From NCBI GenBank assembly GCA_965285935.1, contig OZ260661.1:109058001-109122000 (forward strand): a DNA stretch of 64,000 nt. Direction: 5' to 3'. Both the position numbers and the translations under genes were made by a program. Every line of letters begins with the position of its first letter. The stretch's first letter is position 1. Positions 1 to 12,500 of this stretch are shown piece by piece. The stretch is from Ophelia neglecta. Its lineage: Eukaryota. The notes beneath the pieces are model-generated. The model was not told where the DNA came from, searched no databases, and was given only the letters and a program-made list of their open reading frames with translations.

Positions 1-1750
1 ATATTTATCTGTGCATATGGATATTGCTGGTTTGACGTGCATATAGGGTTCATAACACAGGGTAAGTAAAAGTTTTTATCTACTGAAATCTACTTTTAAG
101 ATTGTCAATAAAACGCGTGAGAAATAGGCCTGCGAGGTTCATAGCTTGATTTGTATTAACAGCAGATGTAAAGTGCCACTCGCCTTTCCGGACTATTTAC
201 AATAGCTGCTAATAGTGTATTTCTACTCCGATCATCACAGGAAGGATGGAAGCTCTAAAAAACTTAAAGTAATGATGTAAAACAAGTTTTGTGGCGTTGA
301 TTAGTTTATGCAGTTCGAGCAAGAAATGCCTAAGATCAAATCTGCTTCGCCATCCCCGGGTCGCCATCTTACTTCTCTGAACTCCCAAGGACTCATGTAT
401 GATGTTTATTGTTCATATTCTCTAATAACAGAGAAAAAAACCTTTCCTGACATTGCAGCACAAAGCAGGAGTAGCATGTATGCAAGGTAGAACACTTATA
501 TGTGAATGACATCTCTTTCGGAATACAGACAAAGGATAGTTTTTCATGTAAACGTATGTTGCTGGAGCCTACCTATTACAAGCGCACATAATTATGAAGG
601 CCAATCACATGTCAGACAACTAGGTCAGGGAATGGGCATACGGATGCGCAACGCAATTGCAAATTATAAAGCAAAATTCCACATCATAACAGAAGTATAG
701 AATGGACATAAAGCATGGACAACCCGAAATTATAAAGACAATACGTCTATTGTTCTCCATACAATGATAATATAATAAACACTAGTCGGTTCTTCTTCAA
801 ATACACCCACAAAATAACTTTAATAAAAAAAAATACACTATTCAATGTTCAATTGAATGATGTCATATCTCGATAACACATAAATGTAAACTGGTAATCC
901 TAGAGCGACGATATAACTACAGCTCGAATGCTTGTGTATAATCACAATTAATAAGCTTAGATGGTATCAAAAAATGAACTGTAAACGGGTGCTCTCGTGA
1001 TGAACCTTGACAAGAGGTCTCTTTTATGTTAACGCTTTTAAACGTGCTGGTACGATTCGGTTCCAATTTGTCATCTATGACGCTCGAAGCCGCGCCGTAG
1101 TTGTATACATAAATTTCCAAGCGAATAGTTTTCTGAACACAAGAGTGACAAAAAATGAACTCAAATTGATCTCATAACCCTCCGCTTACAGCATTGCCCA
1201 CCAACGAGTCACTGAATCATCCAATGTTTATTTTCCAGACATTACCATATTAACGTTTCTTAATTTCATCAGTGTTCCAATTTGATTTATACTATATAGA
1301 AATATTTCAGAAATAAATATAAGAAAACGAAAATTCCTTTGTGTGAAATTATTAGACGTGCAGAAAGTTGTCATTTTGTATAAGTTCCGATAAGAGGGAT
1401 AAGCCGGATCCTTACTTGCTTTTATAAATGCATTTATTTTTAACAGTCCTCTTGTCTGACGCACGGGAAGCAGACAATTTTAGCTATACAACAACTTTAT
1501 TTTAATATACCCTCACTGGCCAGAGAAAAAACACTTTATTGTAGCCCACGACATTCTTATGTCATTTTTATATATTTCAGGATTATATCATTAAATTATT
1601 TAATAACAGTTGGTTTGCTCATCCACATATACAACCGGATATAATATGGGTATGTACGTGTGTGCATGCATATATACGAATCGTGTATACATACATATGG
1701 GGAATAGATTAGAGATAAAAACAATAGCTCAGACTCAAATAATGTCTATA

Positions 1751-1931
1751 CAGTGGTCCCTGCGATGTAGGGCCACCCCCATATCCAAGGAAATGTGGTC
1801 CTAACTTTGCAGGTGGCCCTTCATCGAAGGTACTTTATCATGGTAAGGACATGGAAATTCAAAAAGTGGCCTGCCATCGCAGGTGGCCCTTCATCGGAGG
1901 GGCCCTATATACTACATCGCAGGGACCACTG
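1751..1931. mobile_element. Tc1/mariner-type MITE (non-autonomous)
   Basis: Perfect 20-bp TIRs: CAGTGGTCCCTGCGATGTAG at 1751 and CTACATCGCAGGGACCACTG ending 1931. TA on the left and CA on the right. Internal repeat GCAGGTGGCCCTTCATCG occurs twice. No ORF. Confidence 0.75.
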
Positions 1932-2000
1932 CACTTGTATGTGCTGTCTTATGGTAAGTATATAAACCGCATATATCGTGAGTCAAATTGGAATACAAAC

Positions 2001-4116
2001 CTGTCTGAAGATCAGGACAATCAGGCCGGCTTGAAGCATTTGGTATAGATTCCTCGGAAGTATGGTCTCCAGGTGACCAAGGCTCTGCCTTGTTGTCTAC
2101 CCCGGGGGTCCCTTCGCTGTGACTACCCTCGATCGTATCACCCTCCTCTACTTTCTGAATAGTAAAACATACAGATACTTTACGCTCTTCAAATCCAATC
2201 AAAACATATTATTCGTAAAAATGCCATTTTCATGCAAGATTTTGGCACATTTTTGTAAGCCATTTTTGTTTAAAATATCTTGTTATTAGTTTTTGACCAC
2301 ACTAATAATTAATCAAAAACGTTTCCGTGATGTCGGTTCCCAAATCTCCCCCCCCACCCCCCACCCCACCCCCACCCCCACCCCACCTCCATTACCTTCC
2401 AACCCTGCATGGATTTTTATATTAAACACTCCCTGATGCACGTATGTCCACTACATAGAAGGACGTACAGGGGAACACGAACAAATATATATATATTACA
2501 GAAATATATTTTGTCGAATTAAAATTATCGTATTAATAGTAATACTATCAATACAATAATTTTATTTCGACGTCAGAATACATGTATGTAGGCCCTTAAC
2601 AGGAAATTATTAAAGTTGCTCTAAAGATATCTTCATATATCAAATACATGACCAAACTCGCTAGAAAACGTTTTAGATAATAATATTACAAGTACATAAA
2701 AATCCTGGAAAATGACAACTAGGGATTTCTGTAAGTTCACACAGTCATGATCATGACTAAAGACCTAAGTATAGCTTTAACGTCTATGGTAAATACTTAA
2801 GTGCACGCCGAGTTTTACCAACTGTCATAGTGTAAACATATTGTGAAAAAAAAAACACGCATGCAGGGTATATCCGCCTATATTACTATCGGTAAAAACA
2901 AAAGCCATATAATTATGTAAAAAAGCGAAAAACGAAATCGTATATTCATTTCTATGGTTGACAAAAGTGTGGGTGGCAAAATAATAATTAAAAAAAAAGT
3001 TTCCCAAAATAGGTAAATTATGCCTTAATTGTCGACTCTTAAAATAATGTCAGGGGAATTCATGCGAAATGATATCAATGATGTACAATGCCTGTGGAAA
3101 AAAAAATCCCTAGCAATTTTTATTTTTATTCCGATAGTGTCCATTATGTTAATTTTTACCCCCCCCCCCCCTCCTCATGAGAAGACAGATGTACGTTTAA
3201 GGGGCCAATATTTCATCATTGCATTTAGCCGCAATTTCACGAGACGGAGGCATAGATTTCATGGAATCTATTCCTGTTGGGAATAGCGTCATAGGTTTAA
3301 AGTTTCTGGGGGAGTGATTCCTGGTTTAAAGTTTATGGGTGGAGTTATTCCTGGTTTAAAGTTTATGGGGGGAGTGATTCCAGGTTTAAAGTTTATGGGG
3401 GGAGTGATTCCTGGTTTAAAGTTTCTGGGGGGAGTGATTCCTGATGAAGCAACTGGGACTGGAAAGCCAATGCTGCCTGAATGATTCGTGTGCTCGAGGA
3501 AGCCAAGATTTTTTGTTCCCCTTCCTGTAATTCATTTTCGAGGCCCCCTTAACCCCGGCCCAAAGTGGTCAATATTTATTAAGCCGTCCCCCTCCCCTCC
3601 CTGCGAATAATTTCTGAATCCTAAAATCTTGAAAAATTTGAAAGCTGATCTTGAAATGTAAGTAACCTTGTGGTTATTCCTTCAGACTCTGCTCGGTTAA
3701 AGCACCAAGCTTTGTCCTCTAAAATGCACAATAACTTGTTCTTAATCTGCGCAGCTGAACCGGCAAGTTTTATCCAAATAATCATTCATGTTTGGATCAC
3801 AACGCCCAAGGGGTATCGCTTAGTCTGTTCATACACACGAGAAGCAGATGGTCTTTCTTAATCTCAGCTATACGAGGTACAGTCACTCTGTACCGGGTAA
3901 TCATAGGTATCAGCGTATCCCAGGCCATACTTCTCAAACATAGATTGCCATAATTATTGTGTTATAATTATCCTGAGAATCAAAAAGTATCTAAAAGATT
4001 TAATTCTAAACATTCAAGTAATAACATCAGGGAAAGCAGGTATTAAAATAGCAGCAAATTACCTCAAAAGTCTTTTCCAGTTCCTCGATAATGGAATCTG
4101 CAGAATCTTCAGACAT
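2001..4116 (-). CDS. Uncharacterised acidic protein, partial (first two coding exons)
   Basis: Coding exon 4116-4063 (acceptor tgtttcag near 4130, ATG, MSEDSADSIIEELEKTFE, donor GAG|gtaatt) splices in phase 0 to exon 2154-2001 (acceptor ttttactattcag, KVEEGDTIEGSHSEGTPGVDNKAEPWSPGDHTSEESIPNASSRPDCPDLQT, donor CAG|gtttgt). Downstream exons could not be resolved. No recognisable domain. Confidence 0.5.
3293..3443. repeat. 30-bp minisatellite, about 5 copies
   Basis: Unit GGTTTAAAGTTT(A/C)TGGGGGGAGTGATTCCT repeated head-to-tail. It lies within a segment bounded by TTAA-GGGGCC (3197) and GGCCCCC-TTAA (3552), possibly a TTAA-targeting MITE. Confidence 0.9.
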
Positions 4117-5339
4117 GTTTAGATTTCCTCTGAAACACGCTTATGTAAAAGCCTATTTTACCGTTTTCTCTTAAAATGCCTAAATAAATCTCGCCAGAAC
4201 CAGCTCTATTCATCCATTCTCAATTCAGCCTAAATATTCTGCCCTGAACAGGAAAGTCATGATCAGAGGTTATAACGTTACGACGTATATATAACCACTC
4301 AGTCTGAAAGGCGGTGACTCATCCCGCAGTTGGGAATTCCACTATGATTTTCATATCCACTATGAAAGACGGATAATTTAAAATAGCATACTCCAAGTAA
4401 AATAGCTCTCAAAGCCTTATTTATCTATAGTAATCATATAGATCTTATAAAATGGTCCTCTCTGAACGGTACATCAGGCGGCGGCAGTCAACACTGTCGC
4501 ACATAGAGAAACGGCCTAGCCGACTGGTTGTTTTTTTCCTTGGAGAAATTCGATAACAGCATTTACCAGTACATACAAGCATTGGGGCGTAGTGCGTCAT
4601 TACAGTACCTAATTTCCAAATATAACCATTCCCGAAAACGTGGCTTCTGCAATATCTACTAGGCCTACCACCTGGCCCGAGACAGTCCAGCCATCAGCAT
4701 CACCAGTACTACTTTTCGTAAAGGACTTCGTTCAGTGTATACAAGTCTGACTTGTCTTAAATTTCATATTTGCGGCAATTGAAACGATTCCTCTGGTGTA
4801 AAATTTTACATTTATTGAGAAATAAGACTTTAAATTGTTCTTTCATACAGGTCGATACGTTAGATAGTGTAGAATAAACCCTTGCTGTGCGGTGCAAAAT
4901 ATCTAACGTTAGAACATCATACTAGTATATAGCTATAGGCTATGCATACCAAAAGCACCAAGCACCTACATATATATAGGCCTATATATTACCAGGCCGG
5001 CATGGTGTATCAAGTTAACATTACATAAAATATATGTACATTATTGTTTTGAATATAAAGTAGGTGCTTATTATATTTTTTCATGTCTTATCGTTTTATT
5101 GTATCACTGTCGTCAGTTTTATATTTGTTGATATTTTAATCGGTTAATTCAATTTCTACATTTAGGTCTATAGGATTTGTGACTTTATTTATTGTAAACT
5201 GGGGCCTTCGAAAACAGTGCAAACTGATAGGGCACCTGTATTATTAATCAAAAAAAATAATTAATTAATTAAAACGCATATGTGGGGCACTAACACATAC
5301 GTTTTTTTTCCCAGCATTTAGGCATAGTTAAAAGAAATT

Positions 5340-7372
5340 TGTTTCTCATTGTGTTAATAATGAGGGGTGATTCCGTGGACACCAAGCCACAACTTAAACT
5401 TGACCGCCGGTCACCCAGGAGCGGCCTAACCAGGCAGCTCCGGCAGTAATGCGCTTCTCATTGTGTCAATAACGAGGGGTGAGTACGTGGACACTAAGCG
5501 GTACTAAGGCTCCGGCCAAAGGACGTCCAGGAGCTGCTCACATCGGCAAGCCCGGAGGACCGTTACCCGGAAAAATCATCTCCTGCCAGTCTCGCTTGAC
5601 CGCCGCGCACAGGCCGAACGGCTCTGCATTTCCCCCTCCGACATCAGTTGGCATTCAGTCGTCGAGTGGTGTAGACGAATTCTAATACTGAACTATGTTA
5701 CAGCATTGAAGCTACAATTTAAGCTATGGAAACTAGACACAGAGATGTTCGACACGCTCCGATGGTCCTTGTCGGCCAGAAGCTTGAGGATGACCATCCG
5801 GTCCGGCGGACATAAAAAACCTCCGATTTCGATCGAGCATCTAACTAAACTAGTGGTATTCTGTGACAGAGACCCCCAGTTCCTCGTGCTAAAGGTGGCG
5901 CTTGTCATAGGTTTCTTCGCCTATTTGAGGGCTTCCAACCTGGCCCCTCCGTCCCGCGCTGAGTATGATAGCACAAGACACACGTCCATAAACGACTTGT
6001 TGGTAACGTCAGATGGCGTACTAGTCTCCATTAAATGGACCAAGACACTACAAAGTGCCGGGGAAAAAGTAACCATCCCTCTCCCTGAAATCCCTACCTC
6101 CGTGCTATGCCCTAAAACTACAATTCAGCAGTACATGAGGCGGTTAAGGAAACTGGCGCTTGGTACAACGCCACCACTACTGCTATCTACCGCGAGACCC
6201 AGAGGGCACTTAGAGCACTCCTCAGGCAGGCACTAGCAGCTACCCAACTCACCGAGTGCGGCTACACCTTACACAGCATAAGGAGGGGCGGTGCGACCGA
6301 GAGTTTCAGGGCAGGTGTCCCCTTGGACCATATCAAACAACACGGAACTTGGCGGTCCGATGCAGTACAAAGATACATTTCAGAGCAAACCATAGAGTCA
6401 TCAAGGGTTGCACAGACCTTCAAAGCCAAGCTGACCAAGCCATAGAACAATGCAATATCGTCAATAATTTACGCAAACGTGGACTAGTCGTGCAAGCCGG
6501 CAGGGATGCAGAGAGAAACGTTTCATGCTCGCTGGCCGCAAATTATGTGGTTTAGATTACAATGTGTGCACTAAAGTATATGTATTCGCCTAAGCTTTTT
6601 ATATCTATCTAACAATATTTTCAAAACAGATATTGGCGGTCTCGGTACGTTTTATATAATTGTCTTATTCGTCTTGATTTACATAATCACAAGCATTAAA
6701 ACAATTTTACCGCCAATATCTACCTATCTTCTTTATTTCTACAGTATTAAGCGAGGTGTCTGTTAGTAATGTGTTTCTCATTGTGTTAATAATGAGGGGT
6801 GATTGCGTGGACACCAAGCCACAACTTAAACTTGACCGCCGGTCACCCAGGAGCGGCCTAACCAGGCAGCTCCGGCAGTAATGCGCTTCTCATTGTGTCA
6901 ATAACGAGGGGTGAGTACGTGGACACTAAGCGGTACTTAGGCTCCGGCCAAAGGACGTCCAGGAGCTGCTCACATCGGCAAGCCCGGAGGACCGTTACCC
7001 GGAAAAATCATCTCCTGCCAGTCTCGCTTGACCGCCGCGCACAGGCCGAACGGCTCTGCATTTCCCCCTCCGACATCAGTTGGCATTCAGTCGTCGAGTG
7101 GTGTAGACGAATTCTAAAACTCCCACCCGCACCCACAACCTTCTGAGTCCATAATAGTGTATATACGTTTGACTTGGCCTATTTTCTTGATGTAAATTAT
7201 GGCACTTCAACAGGTTATATGTTTATGTGTGTAGTGATCAGCAGTGTACGTTTTATATAATTGTCTTATTCGTCTTGATTTACATAATCACAAGCATTAA
7301 AACAATTTTACCGCCAATATCTACCTATCTTCTTTATTTCTACAGCATTAAGCGAGGTGTCTGTTAGTAATG
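5340..7372 (+). mobile_element. Ngaro-type (DIRS order) tyrosine-recombinase retrotransposon, internally deleted
   Basis: Split direct repeats in order A1 (5340-5685), YR coding region, B1 (about 6645-6771), A2 (6772-7117), B2 (about 7246-7372). A copies are 346 bp and nearly identical; B copies are about 127 bp and nearly identical. No TSD. No gag, RT or RNase H remains. Confidence 0.9.
5706..6445 (+). pseudogene. Tyrosine recombinase (phage-integrase family) of the Ngaro element, 5'-truncated and frameshifted
   Basis: ORF 5706-6236 has the catalytic Arg box (GFFAYLRASNL) and the KWTKT lysine. After a frameshift near 6180-6220 another frame reads LRQALAATQLTECGYTLHSIRRGGATESFRAGVPLDHIKQHGTWRSDAVQRYISEQ...KP* (stop at 6443-6445), supplying H-x-x-R, W and the nucleophilic Y. 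Confidence 0.88.
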
Positions 7373-7529
7373 ACATGTTGGGGAAGGCGGGTCAAACGCA
7401 CATACTAAGGAAGAGGCGATATTTTCAAATGATCAAGGCCGTAGTCGGTACTCTATATTACAATTATCTTGACACTATTAGGTGTTTATGACAAACATAA
7501 TTTACTAGTTTGCATTATTATTTTTCGGA

Positions 7530-8260
7530 GGTAAGTGCACTTTTTGCCCCGTGTATGGGGCAAAACGCCCACAGGACGGGGAAAAGAGCGCAACCATGTG
7601 CATTTTGCCCCTTTACCAGTTTGGTAGAAGGACAGATATCATGTTTTAATCGCACATCTGATTGAAATAAGTGTAAAGAAAAATGAGTAAATTCCAAATA
7701 TTTTGAATTTACTATGGACGAGTTTATCTAGGAGTAAAGCGCAAATACTGTGGGGCAAAGGGCGCACCATGTGCCTCTTGCCCCAACCAACATGAGCACC
7801 AGTGGTCTAATTTAGAAATAACATTGATTTACTAGATCATTTAAACAATGCGATCAATGTGAACAATGTGTATTTGAACACTGTAAAATATTTGAAATAA
7901 ACGACGTTTAGAAATTAGCTTCTAAATTGCTGTAGCTTCTAATGTTCTAATGATATTGATCGGACAAGTTTAAACAGCCCCCAAGTGATATTGAGGTCAA
8001 CAGGTTAAAGGGCTTAGTTTCTTCAAAACTTAGTAGAATTGTTGGTCGGTCATGTCAAGTAGATGACCTTTATTCCCACTAAGGTCAACAGGTCAAAGGT
8101 CAAGGTGGCATTCAACACAAAAACTTGTCCGATCAATATCTATAGTCCTTGGGCCATGACACACAGATAGGCGGGGGCAAACCGCACAGATAGGCGGGGG
8201 CAAAACGCACAGAGGTGCGTTTTGCCCCTTCCTCCTGATGTGCGTCTTGCCCCAGCTGCA
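7530..8260. repeat. Degenerate non-autonomous DNA element with repeated GGGGCAAAACGCAC motifs and an inverted-repeat-bounded insert
   Basis: Many copies of GGGGCAAA..GCAC / GTGC..TTTGCCCC in both orientations. The internal segment 7952-8140 is bounded by a perfect 20-bp inverted repeat (GATATTGATCGGACAAGTTT) and contains GGTCAA-rich units. Confidence 0.55.
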
Positions 8261-9584
8261 GTGATTTTGAAGATTGTTCTGTCAGGTGCCACATGACTGT
8301 GAGTGATTAAGAGAGGTATTAAACGTGATTTAATAGCTAAATAAAATATGTTTTGATGATATAACCCCAAATATGTGTGCTTGAAAACGTCCTTTTATTT
8401 GATCGCTTGCTAAAATTACCAAATAAAGACAAACATTTCTATCACCTAAGAATCACTATGTTATTTTTCTACTTTAGTATTACAATAAATTGAAAAAAGT
8501 ACATGTTTTACAGAAAGCACAAACTCACTAAGATCTTATCATTGACATTTAGGGGATTAGGCAATCATCTTTTTGTCAATCATAACATTAATCGACTAAG
8601 GGATAATAACCTAAATCAATACAATAAATTGACATATACCACACCAAAAAGCCACCAATAATAGGCAATTTTAATCTAATTGCACACACCAGGATTGGTA
8701 CTAGCATTTTAATATAAAATACAGTACATAATTATTTGCCATATATTATGACATGTAAATATATCAATATGCATCACTTTGAGACATACTGTGGAATATA
8801 TCATAATATGCCAAGCAATAAAATAGTGTAGATCTATTTGGAAGGCCTTATGTACACTGTTGTACTTGTGGAGGTAATGTCAATATAGTTTAATTTTTTA
8901 ATTTTATATTCATACATTTCCAGGGAGTAAATATTCCCATAATTCAAATACTACAAATACTACAGTCAATATACTCTACAATTTGACATACCTGATCGTC
9001 ACCATGTGAGTAGTAGTAGTAGTGATTATGTGTCATTACTTGTATCAGAAAAGTAATAACATAATAAAGAATTGAACAGAAAAAGTTTTTTATGTTTAGT
9101 ATTTTTTTGATTGATCACATTTATTCCACAAATTAACCATTTATAACAGGATATTGACAGAAGCATACTGAATCCCCAGTTAATAGTAATTTCAGTTGAT
9201 AATAGGTTTAGAATTATACTTTAACCTTCATTACAGCAACAATACCGTTAAGCACCATATTACATTAAATTTGATCTCATAAGCAAAGGATTCCAGAACT
9301 ATTATATTTGAAATCTAAGGAGTGGGCAACATCTAAGGCGTGGTCAACAGGAATTGAGTTCAGAATTTTGGAAAGATAGGGGTTACGGTGGCTGGGGTGG
9401 AAAGGGGTGGGCTGCAGTGACAAGATATTCCAAATGTAGTAAGGGGTGGGGACAGAGGGGCGGGGGGGGGGGGGGATTTCAGAAGTTCCTGTTCCTACTC
9501 CACTAGATTTTCAAATTGCACAGCCCTTATCCCATGTTTGGACACCTTTTTTTTAGCCTGACATCATTTTAGTTTGACGTGATT

Positions 9585-12500
9585 TCATCCCAAGTTATCC
9601 AGTCCAATCATAACAAGGTCCTGATGGTCCTCGGCACGTTGCAGCTTCTGAAGTAAGTACTCGAGGCGATCCCGTTCCTCAATCCGTGCCCAGTTTTTGG
9701 CGTTGAACTGAAATAAATAAATAAAGCCTCAGGACACTCCCATTTATGGAGGGCTGGAGGAGAAATGTTTGCCAGGATATAGGATTGGTGTTGTTGTAAA
9801 TACAAATCTATTGGCAAAAAAAACCCTTGATATTACTGAAAGGGGTTTTCATGGAAAAAGCCTCGGAGTCACTCCTCTAGCAAATAAAGAGAATTAATTG
9901 AGATATTTGGATAAATAATTCTCTGATCAACCACATGCATTAGCTGACTATCTCTGACCCCTGAAGATGTGCGCTCACAGATTAACTTGTCTACATACTA
10001 TTTTTTTACCCTGAGAACCAAATAGCTAACTTACCACTACTGTCAACTGGCCATCATTTTGTATTGCCTTACAAACAATATAAGGAATACACTTTAGCTG
10101 TCCAGTGTTCCTTGTAAAACTGTTCTCTGGGAAGATTAGTACTGCAATCCTGGGTGGCAGAAAATTATATTACAGAATTCACATGCATGTTCATCATAAT
10201 TATTAGGTGAATTATCATGATAGTTATAGGGCATGCGGGTTTGAGTGGGAGTCTAGATATCAATGATTTACAACTCATAGCTCTGATGACTGACTATAGT
10301 TTTTCCGATTCTACATTTTTCTTATATTATGCTATTGTAAATGAAGAGTTTAGCAAAGATACATTGAATGAAGCCAGAAATTGATGTGATATTGCCAGTG
10401 CAACTGGATCACTAAGGGACTGGTCACAATTTAAAGGGATGGGAGAAGGAGGAGGGGGGGGGGGGGAAGAGGCCAAAGTGAGTTGCCCCTGAAAGTAGTT
10501 GATACCCTGAAAGACTTGCCCCTCATATATTTGGTATATAGGCGATATGCACTTGAAACTAGACATACCTCGATTCAGAACATACTCGAGTGTCGATCGA
10601 CTCTTATTAGTGTCAAATGGTTGCCTCAACCAGGAACAGCAAGAGGCATAATAATGACTTGCAAGTGAAAGTAACCAGATTTCAGGGGTAGGCCCTCCTT
10701 ATCAGTTGATTAAGAAGTATACCAAGAAACAGCTGAATATCAAGTATGGTAGCAATAATGAGATAGTTCAAGGTGAAGCTAAAAAGGTCTAAAAATGGTT
10801 GTAGAGGCTCCTAAGTTCAAGTTCAAGGAAAAAACTGGATTCCTTGATTTCCTAAGTGATCAATACATTCGAAATGTCTATATTACATTATTTAGGACTG
10901 AGGCTATTGGCATTAATCCACATCTTAATTTGACCCTGAAAATGAGACCAAGGTCAAACACAAGCTCACCATTTAATTGCTAGCATAGGATTTCCTATTA
11001 GTTGTCAATATGACTGAAGTGTCTATCTTGCACAGTTACCCATTTATGGCCCTTTGAAATTAGAAATGTCCGCAATTCTGAAAGTACAGCGAAAGACATG
11101 AAACACTATAAGTAACATGACATATTGAGGACCAAATTTCCCAGGCCTATACACTAAACCTGTGGAATATAGCTACTGTGGGTCTCACGGTTGTAAAACC
11201 CAAACAAACAGTGGCAGCAGACATGATCCATACATATACATATTTTCAAAAAAGGGCGGGGGCAGAAAGGGAGAGTACAAAATTGAGTACATCTTGGAAA
11301 GAATTCTGTCTCATCCAGATACCCATGAAATGCTTCTCATGAGGATGCTAATAACTGCTCTCACACCACTCTATTATGCAACCTAATTAGGCTGACAAAC
11401 TGAAGCAATAAACTCAATGCTAGCAGTACCTGCTATGAAAGATGGGGTATATAATGGTGGAAAGCATGAAGTGGTGCATAGTGCATTATATTTTTTTACT
11501 TGGGGGAGGGAAGTAGTTTTATTAGCCACCAGAGGGGGAGGATTCAGTGATTAACTCTCAACGGGGTAGACAATGCCAGGGGGTCACCTCAGTGTGAAAA
11601 CAATGACATAGGGGGAGGAATTATGTACATGAATTGTCACAAGCAGGTTTTGTTTTAAAAATTTGTCACTAGGGGTAGGTGAGGAAGGGGGGATGGACAT
11701 TCCCCCAACCCCACCCCCCAAAAAGGAGAGCCCTTATGTAATAGATCAGGAAAAAAGCCTAAAACTTTTGTCTGAATGAGCCAAAAAGTTGCTATTAAAC
11801 CCTATCTTCAAAGAAATCACCCCCCCCCCCCCCCTCGCCCCCCCCCCTCCCTGCAACCACAAAAATCAAATTGAGGAGTTATTTGTATTTGTTTTACTAC
11901 TTGCAGACATCTACTGAGCATTGTGCTTAGAGTCTCCTTTAAAGAATTTTTTGCAGACAGTTTAAAGGAGAGGTCCCAAATCTGTTTTCCTTCCCTACCA
12001 AATTAAGACCTACCTATTCAGAAAAATCCCCCGCTCCTACCCCCACATTTAAATAATGACGAGCCCTTTATAAACTAACATTTATTTCTGCTAAAACACT
12101 TCAAATAAGCGCCCTTGAGTATAAATGTAGAAGTTTATTAAATTTATACATTTGGTCTCACAAATGTTGCCTTTATGAGCACACATGGGTACATACTTTT
12201 TAGTTTCTTCAGATCCTGTTTTTAGTTCTACCATGTGATCTGAAAATAAAAGTTAAAAAGAAATGAATTTATTTCAAGATTTATCCAACAATGAATAATA
12301 TACTTAAATTATCACAAAAGGGAAAAAATAAAATAATGATAATTGACTTATTTTGCAACCTGTAACATTGGCAAATTTCTCTACCGGTTAGGATCAAAGC
12401 ATCCTAGAAGAGGACCCCGCTTTGTGTCATGGACCTTAGCTCAGGTCGAGAATGCCGTTTTTTTTAATCAGGGCTATTCCATTTTCAAAAAGGTGGGGGA

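Noticed and set aside
3293-3443. CRISPR-like array
   Set aside because: The units are contiguous with no unique spacers, the context is eukaryotic and there are no cas genes. It is a minisatellite.
5706-6445. Phage or bacterial integrase (prophage or horizontal transfer)
   Set aside because: It sits inside split direct repeats characteristic of Ngaro retroelements, and no other phage genes are present.
9608-9817. 69-aa ORF as the last FASTK exon
   Set aside because: Wrong frame. The exon that fits starts at the acceptor at 9707 in another frame and encodes the RAP C-terminus.
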